Shown: positions 58,325 to 64,000 of the stretch, in pieces
How positions within the stretch are numbered: position 1 is the first letter of the stretch
Layout: every line of letters starts with the position of its first letter
Source: an uncultured Rikenellaceae bacterium
GTDB lineage: Bacteria; Bacteroidota; Bacteroidia; Bacteroidales; VadinHA17
Direction of reading: 5' to 3'
Length of the DNA stretch: 64,000 nucleotides
Assembly (NCBI GenBank): GCA_964526345.1
Contig: CAZGKI010000010.1
Span: 19,958-83,957, forward strand
Position numbers and translations under genes: made by a program
Notes under the pieces: model-generated
The model's input: only the letters and a program-made list of their open reading frames with translations
Told to the model about the DNA's origin: nothing
Databases searched by the model: none

Positions 58325-59830
58325 TCAGAAAGGCTTAAATGAAAGTATCTTTTCAATCATCGGCTGAACGCTGCTTCCTATCATCGTTGACAACCAAAAA
58401 GGCGCCATACCAATAGCCGCCACTGATCCTATCAATGTGACTGCAGATAACTTTTCGAACCATCTTGCATCGGTAAGATGTTCGAAATGAGAGTTGGTTG
58501 TCGGTCCAAGTAAAAGTATGGCAATGACCCTCAGTATATATACCGCGGTAATGACTATTGATGATACAACAACTATGGTTGCAATCCTGTGAAGCAGATC
58601 AGGATGCTGGAACGCGCCAACAAATATTGTCATTTCCGCAACAAATCCGCTTAATCCGGGAAGTCCTAACGAAGCAAGTCCTGCTATTACATAACAAACA
58701 GCTAGGAAGGGAATTACCTTCATTAATCCGCCCATTTCATTGATCAGACGCGTATGTGTACGGCCATACAGCATGCCGATAAGAGCAAAGAAGAGAGCAG
58801 TCATAAGGCCATGTGAGACCATTTGTATCACTGCACCGTTCATTGCTGTCTTATTCATCATGAGGATGGCAAAAAGGACCAGTCCGCAATGGCTTACCGA
58901 AGAGTAGGCGTTAATGTATTTAAGATCTTTCTGGACAATTGCCCCGAAGGCACCGTATACCACGCTTATTGAAGTTAATATTATAAATATCCATGATAAT
59001 TCGTGTGCTGCTTCAGGCATCAGGTATATAGCAACTCTGAAAGCACCGTATCCTCCAAGCTTCATCAGCACACCGGCATGAAGCATAGAGACTGCAGTGG
59101 GCGCTGATGAGTGTCCGTCAGGCGACCATGTGTGAAATGGAAACAAGGCGCCAAGAACTCCGAAACCGATAAATGTCATTGGGAAAAATACTCTCTGGGC
59201 TTGTATTGGTATAATATAGTTTTTGATTTCAAGAATATTGAATGTCAGTCTGTTACCATCGGGTGCCGAATTGAAATAAATACCAAGGATGCCAACCAGC
59301 AACAATGCAGATGCACCCATAAGCATAAGTGTCAGCTTCATGGCAGAATACTCTTTGGGTCCGCTGCCCCAGATCCCTATCAGCAAATACATGGGGATCA
59401 CTGCAAGCTCATAAAACAGGAACATTGTGAACAGATCGATGGAGATAAAAAATCCGAAAACACCTGTTGCCAGCAGAATGAGGGATATAAAGAATTCCTT
59501 TGTGAGAAAATCTACCTCCCAGGAGGCAAAGATGCCGGCAAAAACGACAAGCGAGGTCAACGCTATCATAGCTACGGAAATCCCGTCAACGCCAACAGTA
59601 TAATGAATATTCAGGGTACTGAACCAGACAAAATCCTTTACAAAAAGCATTTCGTCAACATTGCCGGCCCTGCGCTGCGAGAGATACAGGATCACAAGAA
59701 CAGCTGCCAGAATCAACTGAAGAGCCATTCCGACAGCGGCGACAACCCTGACACGCTTAATATCACCGGCTAATACAATCCCGGTGATGGTAAGTACCGG
59801 TATTACAATAAACAGAGTCAAAATATCCAT
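58325..59830 (-). CDS. nuoM: NADH-quinone oxidoreductase subunit M
   Basis: A 501-aa antiporter-like subunit ('HTWSPDGHSSAPTAVSMLHAGVLMKLGGYG'), placed after nuoL. Confidence 0.9.
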   Translation of the reverse strand: MDILTLFIVIPVLTITGIVLAGDIKRVRVVAAVGMALQLILAAVLVILYLSQRRAGNVDEMLFVKDFVWFSTLNIHYTVGVDGISVAMIALTSLVVFAGIFASWEVDFLTKEFFISLILLATGVFGFFISIDLFTMFLFYELAVIPMYLLIGIWGSGPKEYSAMKLTLMLMGASALLLVGILGIYFNSAPDGNRLTFNILEIKNYIIPIQAQRVFFPMTFIGFGVLGALFPFHTWSPDGHSSAPTAVSMLHAGVLMKLGGYGAFRVAIYLMPEAAHELSWIFIILTSISVVYGAFGAIVQKDLKYINAYSSVSHCGLVLFAILMMNKTAMNGAVIQMVSHGLMTALFFALIGMLYGRTHTRLINEMGGLMKVIPFLAVCYVIAGLASLGLPGLSGFVAEMTIFVGAFQHPDLLHRIATIVVVSSIVITAVYILRVIAILLLGPTTNSHFEHLTDARWFEKLSAVTLIGSVAAIGMAPFWLSTMIGSSVQPMIEKILSFKPF

Positions 59831-59856
59831 AGCGTATTTACATTATCAACTTAATA

Positions 59857-61776
59857 TTATCTCCACAGGAAAATGAGCAGGATCGTCAACAGAATAGTAC
59901 CGGAGACAAAGGCAAATGCATATTTCTGTAATTGTCCGGATTGAAATCTTCGTATCCTGAATGAAACAACCTGTGTTATTGTTGCTATGGAATTCATCGT
60001 TCCGTCAACAATATGCCGGTCGAACCACGCAACAGGTACCGATATATATCTGAAAATTATTTTCTTCGTTACAAAGAGATATAATTCATCCATATAGAAT
60101 TTATTATAAGCCCATTTATAACTGTATCTGAAAACAGAAGCCAGCCTGTCCGGTATGTCGGATGTTTTTTTATACATAACCCAGGCAACACTAATCCCCA
60201 GTAGCCCGATAAGTACAGAAGGTATCGCCACTACCCATTCCATTTCTGTTTCAAAAGCCTGTCCGTTGCTTGTAACCAGTTTATTGAAAGGAATAAACCC
60301 TGCAAATGCAGCGCCGGCGGCAAGTATTATGAGCGGAACAGTCATAGTTAGCGGTGCTTCATGGGGAGTATGATGATACTGTGCATCTCTTCCCCAGAAA
60401 ATGCTGAAATAGAGCCTGAACATATAAAATGCCGTGATCCCTGCAACAGCATATTCTACTGCGAACAGGAACTTATTATGATCAAATGCGGCAGCCAGGA
60501 TCTCATCCTTGCTGAAAAAGCCCGAGAAGGGTGGTATCCCCGAAATTGTCAGACATGCCACAAGAAATGTGAAATGCGTTATCGGCAGGTATTTACGCAA
60601 TCCTCCCATTTCGGTCATATAATTACTGTGAACAGCATGTATTATTGCTCCGGAACAAAGGAAAAGAAGTGCCTTGAACATAGCATGAGTAGACAGATGG
60701 AACATTGAAGCTGTGAAACCCAGTCCTTCATGACCCCCGTAGCCCGAAACACCTAGAGCAAGCATCATGTACCCGATCTGCGACATTGTTGAATAGGCCA
60801 GCACACGCTTAATATCTGTTTGTGTACAGGCTATAATAGCTGCAAAAAGTGATGAAAACGCTCCAACATATGCAACTACATAAAGAGCAGCCGGAGCTGA
60901 AAAGACATAGATAGGGAACATCCTGGCAACCAGGTAAACACCAGCAACAACCATTGTCGCGGCATGAATAAGAGCCGATACCGGAGTAGGACCTTCCATT
61001 GCATCAGGAAGCCATATATGAAAAGGGAACATTGCTGATTTACCGACACCTCCCATATAAACAAATATCATCGACCATGTCATAACCGAGAGTCCCAGAA
61101 AGGCCGCGCCTCCTCCATGCGTTATTGCAGGCCCCGAGGGATCGGTAAGTGTAATGAAATCAAAAGTTTTGGTATTGAACGATAATATCAGTATCCCTAC
61201 CAGGAAACCCATGTCAGCAAACCGTGTTACAATAAAGGCTTTTTTGGAGGCAGCGACGGCAGAAGGTTTCTGATAATAAAATCCTATAAGCAGGTAAGAT
61301 GATATACCTACAAGTTCCCAGAATATATACATCTGAAAAATGTTGGTGGCTGCCACAAGCCCCAGCATTGAGAAAGTGAAAAGTGAAAGAAATGCAAAAA
61401 ACCTTTCAAATCCTTTTTCATCCTTCATATAACCGATACTATAAATGTGTACCATGAACGATACAGTACTTACCACAACAAGCATCATTACAGATATAGG
61501 ATCCAGAAGCACACCAAGGTCGATATGAAGCTTATCCGTAAGCTGCAGCCATACTGTATTTGCTGCCGTTATCGCTTTGTAAGTCTCATCAGTCCAAGGA
61601 GTTGCAAAAAAATACTTATAGGCTGTAATATACGACAGCAGTGTTATTATTGCCAATCCACCTGTTCCGAGAAGTCCTGAAAGCCTGGGCTTCAACTTAT
61701 GTCCGGCAAGCCCCAGCAGAATAAACATAAGGAAGGGGATCAGCAGTATCCAGATAGTATAAGTAAAATTTATCAT
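59857..61776 (-). CDS. nuoL: NADH-quinone oxidoreductase subunit L
   Basis: A 639-aa antiporter-like subunit ('HIWLPDAMEGPTPVSALIHAATMVVAGVYL') with a long C-terminal extension. Confidence 0.9.
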   Translation of the reverse strand: MINFTYTIWILLIPFLMFILLGLAGHKLKPRLSGLLGTGGLAIITLLSYITAYKYFFATPWTDETYKAITAANTVWLQLTDKLHIDLGVLLDPISVMMLVVVSTVSFMVHIYSIGYMKDEKGFERFFAFLSLFTFSMLGLVAATNIFQMYIFWELVGISSYLLIGFYYQKPSAVAASKKAFIVTRFADMGFLVGILILSFNTKTFDFITLTDPSGPAITHGGGAAFLGLSVMTWSMIFVYMGGVGKSAMFPFHIWLPDAMEGPTPVSALIHAATMVVAGVYLVARMFPIYVFSAPAALYVVAYVGAFSSLFAAIIACTQTDIKRVLAYSTMSQIGYMMLALGVSGYGGHEGLGFTASMFHLSTHAMFKALLFLCSGAIIHAVHSNYMTEMGGLRKYLPITHFTFLVACLTISGIPPFSGFFSKDEILAAAFDHNKFLFAVEYAVAGITAFYMFRLYFSIFWGRDAQYHHTPHEAPLTMTVPLIILAAGAAFAGFIPFNKLVTSNGQAFETEMEWVVAIPSVLIGLLGISVAWVMYKKTSDIPDRLASVFRYSYKWAYNKFYMDELYLFVTKKIIFRYISVPVAWFDRHIVDGTMNSIATITQVVSFRIRRFQSGQLQKYAFAFVSGTILLTILLIFLWR

Positions 61777-61799
61777 AGTAAGGTTCCTGTATTATTTGA

Positions 61800-62117
61800 T
61801 CAGAATTTCATTTCGTTTACATCTTCTACATTGATTGTGGTGAAACGACGGTAGATATTTATAATAATGGCAATCGCTACTGCTGCTTCAGCTGCTGCAA
61901 CCGCAATTATGAAAAGACTGAAAAACATGCCATCCAGCTTATTGGGGAAAAGATACCTGTTAAATGCCATGAAATTGATGTTCACGGAATTTAATATGAT
62001 CTCTACTGACATGAGGATAGTGATAAGGTTCCTGCGCGTCAGGAAGCCATAAATCCCGACAAAGAACATAATAGTTGCCAGGACAAGAAAGAATTGTAAC
62101 GGGATACCTGTATTCAT
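61800..62117 (-). CDS. nuoK: NADH-quinone oxidoreductase subunit K
   Basis: 105 aa with 3 TM helices and 'AAAEAAVAIAIIINIYR'. Confidence 0.9.
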   Translation of the reverse strand: MNTGIPLQFFLVLATIMFFVGIYGFLTRRNLITILMSVEIILNSVNINFMAFNRYLFPNKLDGMFFSLFIIAVAAAEAAVAIAIIINIYRRFTTINVEDVNEMKF

Positions 62118-62118
62118 C

Positions 62119-62661
62119 TTATTTCTGTTTTATTGTATCAGACCCGGTGCTTGCAGGACCACCTTTTTTCGCAATCACAATAGCTGCAACCATTGCGGCA
62201 ACCAGTAATATTGAAATGACCTCAAAGGGTAATATATAACCATTATAGTCGGTAGATAAAAGGCTTTTACCGATAATCCGCATATTGACTTCCTGTGCAG
62301 CTTTCGTAGTGGCTGAGAAATTATAATCCAGGATCGTGATAATCGCTAATAATGCACCTGCAATAACAGCCAGCGCAGAAAACAGAACCTTCTTCAGCCC
62401 TACTGGTTCAAATTTCATGTTAATATGACTCGTAAGAAGTATTGAAAAGATTATCAGCACTACTATACCACCGGCATAAAGAGTGAGCTGTACAGCAGCA
62501 AGAAACTGGAAATTCAGCATAAAATAAAGTCCTGATGTCGAAACAAGGACAAAAAGAAGAAATATCGCAGATCTTAATATCTTGCGGCTTGTAACTGCCA
62601 GGATTGAAAAGACCACAATCACAGCGGCAAAAAGAATGAACATTATCTGGTTTGGGGTCAT
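62119..62661 (-). CDS. nuoJ: NADH-quinone oxidoreductase subunit J
   Basis: A 180-aa membrane subunit, placed between nuoI and nuoK. Confidence 0.85.
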   Translation of the reverse strand: MTPNQIMFILFAAVIVVFSILAVTSRKILRSAIFLLFVLVSTSGLYFMLNFQFLAAVQLTLYAGGIVVLIIFSILLTSHINMKFEPVGLKKVLFSALAVIAGALLAIITILDYNFSATTKAAQEVNMRIIGKSLLSTDYNGYILPFEVISILLVAAMVAAIVIAKKGGPASTGSDTIKQK

Positions 62662-63140
62662 TATTCCACTCCTTTCATTAATTGTGAACCTGGTTTGTTT
62701 AATACTTTTATTAAGAGAGCCCTGTTGAATACTGAATGTTCAAACTCCTGCGAGAATGCAAGGGCATTCGATGGGCAGGTTTTTACACATAGAGCACAGA
62801 AAGTGCACATACCTAGCCGATAAATGTGCTTATCAATGACTCTTTTCTTTTTACCATCCTCAGTCATAACAGTCTTTGAGATTACTTCAATAGTTCCGTT
62901 CGGGCAGTTTAGCTCACATATTCCGCAACCGGTACATTTATGTTCATTATTTTCATTATGAGGCATTATCACCTCGCCCTTGAAACGCTCGAACATCACA
63001 AGTTCTTTCCTGTTATTCGGATATTTCTGAGTAACTATTGTAGAAGGTCTGAAAAAATATGATCCGGTAACTTTCATCCCTTTTAAAAGCGACCAAACCG
63101 CTGTAACAATTTCTTTCAGATATTTTATAATGCTTCTCAT
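62661..63140 (-). CDS. nuoI: NADH-quinone oxidoreductase subunit I (2x[4Fe-4S] ferredoxin)
   Basis: Two ferredoxin motifs, 'CTGCGICELNCP' and 'CTFCALCVKTCP'. The start is set at the internal Met (MRSIIKYL), because the longer ORF-track version would overlap nuoH. Confidence 0.9.
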   Translation of the reverse strand: MRSIIKYLKEIVTAVWSLLKGMKVTGSYFFRPSTIVTQKYPNNRKELVMFERFKGEVIMPHNENNEHKCTGCGICELNCPNGTIEVISKTVMTEDGKKKRVIDKHIYRLGMCTFCALCVKTCPSNALAFSQEFEHSVFNRALLIKVLNKPGSQLMKGVE

Positions 63141-63166
63141 AATTGAGATATATTTTATTTTGGAGT

Positions 63167-64000
63167 TTAAAAGTGCCAGCCCATTAGAACTATAAAGGCC
63201 ATAGTCAGCACATTGACCAGATTTATAGGTAACAGATATTTCCATTCGAGTGTCAGAAGCTGGTCGATTCTGAGACGCGGAAAAGTCCATTTGAACCACA
63301 TCATAAGAAATATCACAAAGAATGTTTTTCCGATATACCAGATAAAGGGAGGAATAAAATCCATAACATGGTTAAATCCTTCCCAACTGCCTACATGGAA
63401 AGGCATCCAGCCTCCCAGGAACACTGTCGCTGCTATCGAAGCTACAATGAACATATTTATATACTCGGCAAGAAAGAAAAATGCAAACTTGATACCTGAA
63501 TATTCCGTATGGTAACCTGCTGTAAGCTCCGATTCAGCCTCAGCCAGGTCAAAAGGTCCCCTGTTTGTTTCTGCTGTACTCGAAACAAGGAACAATATAA
63601 ATGCAATAAATGCAGGTATATGTCCTTTAAAAATAAACCAGCCTGTCCGCTGTGCCTCCACTATTTCGGAAAACTGCATTGTGCCTGCCAGTATTACAAT
63701 AGTTATCAGCGTTAGTCCCACCGATAGCTCATAGCTGACTATCTGTGCCCCGCTGCGCATTGCCCCGATAAGAGAGTATTTGTTATTGCTTGACCATCCC
63801 GCTATAAGTATTCCGATTACACCCATCGAAGATACTGCTATGACATACAGAACTCCTATATTCAGGTCGATGGCATGCAATCCTTTTGCAAAAGGGATAG
63901 CAGCAATAGCCATAAAGGATGCAATAATGACAATGAAAGGAGCGAGGTTGAAGAGGAATTTGTCGGCATTCTTTATCGGTACAAGCTCTACAAGCAATAA
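63167..64000 (-). CDS. nuoH: NADH-quinone oxidoreductase subunit H (5' end outside window)
   Basis: '[22 protein letters not shown]' is the NuoH/ND1 signature. The ORF is open to the window edge. Confidence 0.9.
   Translation of the reverse strand, partial: LLLVELVPIKNADKFLFNLAPFIVIIASFMAIAAIPFAKGLHAIDLNIGVLYVIAVSSMGVIGILIAGWSSNNKYSLIGAMRSGAQIVSYELSVGLTLITIVILAGTMQFSEIVEAQRTGWFIFKGHIPAFIAFILFLVSSTAETNRGPFDLAEAESELTAGYHTEYSGIKFAFFFLAEYINMFIVASIAATVFLGGWMPFHVGSWEGFNHVMDFIPPFIWYIGKTFFVIFLMMWFKWTFPRLRIDQLLTLEWKYLLPINLVNVLTMAFIVLMGWHF

Noticed and set aside
59111-59773. 220-aa plus-strand ORF antisense to nuoM
   Set aside because: nuoM is clearly real on the minus strand. The antisense product is a compositional mirror rich in Cys, Gln and Lys, with no family resemblance.

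Overview
This is a housekeeping-dense chromosomal segment from an AT-rich, Bacteroidota-type genome. The taxon call rests on three things: a T9SS C-terminal sorting domain, recurring TAnnTTTG '-7' promoter boxes about 20-45 nt upstream of start codons, and typical Bacteroidota gene neighbourhoods. I call about 54 protein genes. They include dnaA (with a 346-bp very AT-rich gap upstream), recF, dnaX, secA, ligA, argS, ffh, folD, ndk, ribH, galK, dapA, aroE, rpsF-rpsR-rplI and nuoH-N (nuoH runs off the 3' edge). A helicase-nuclease gene enters from the 5' edge. I saw no rRNA, tRNA, CRISPR array, transposase, integrase or obvious foreign island, so this is mostly ordinary core genome. Five items deserve a second look. 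(1) An AmmeMemoRadiSam cluster (42177-47300), a system of unknown function. Its Memo-like and AMMECR1 parts are fused and carry an N-terminal hydrophobic leader, its radical SAM enzyme carries a Tat-like SKRIFLK leader, and an 807-aa polytopic gene with a degenerate spermidine-synthase fold sits between them. (2) An in-phase A_AAA_AAG slippery site inside an A10 run in dnaX, with stops in both alternative frames just after clamp-loader domain III. (3) A 2-TM K+ channel (TIGYGD) fused to 18 perfectly in-register 12-residue repeats. (4) A 946-aa protein whose C-terminal FGE/SUMF1-like domain lacks the catalytic Cys pair. (5) An AddAB-like nuclease pair split by a translationally coupled TIGR01212 radical SAM gene. 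All functional calls come from motif recognition by eye. No database search was run.
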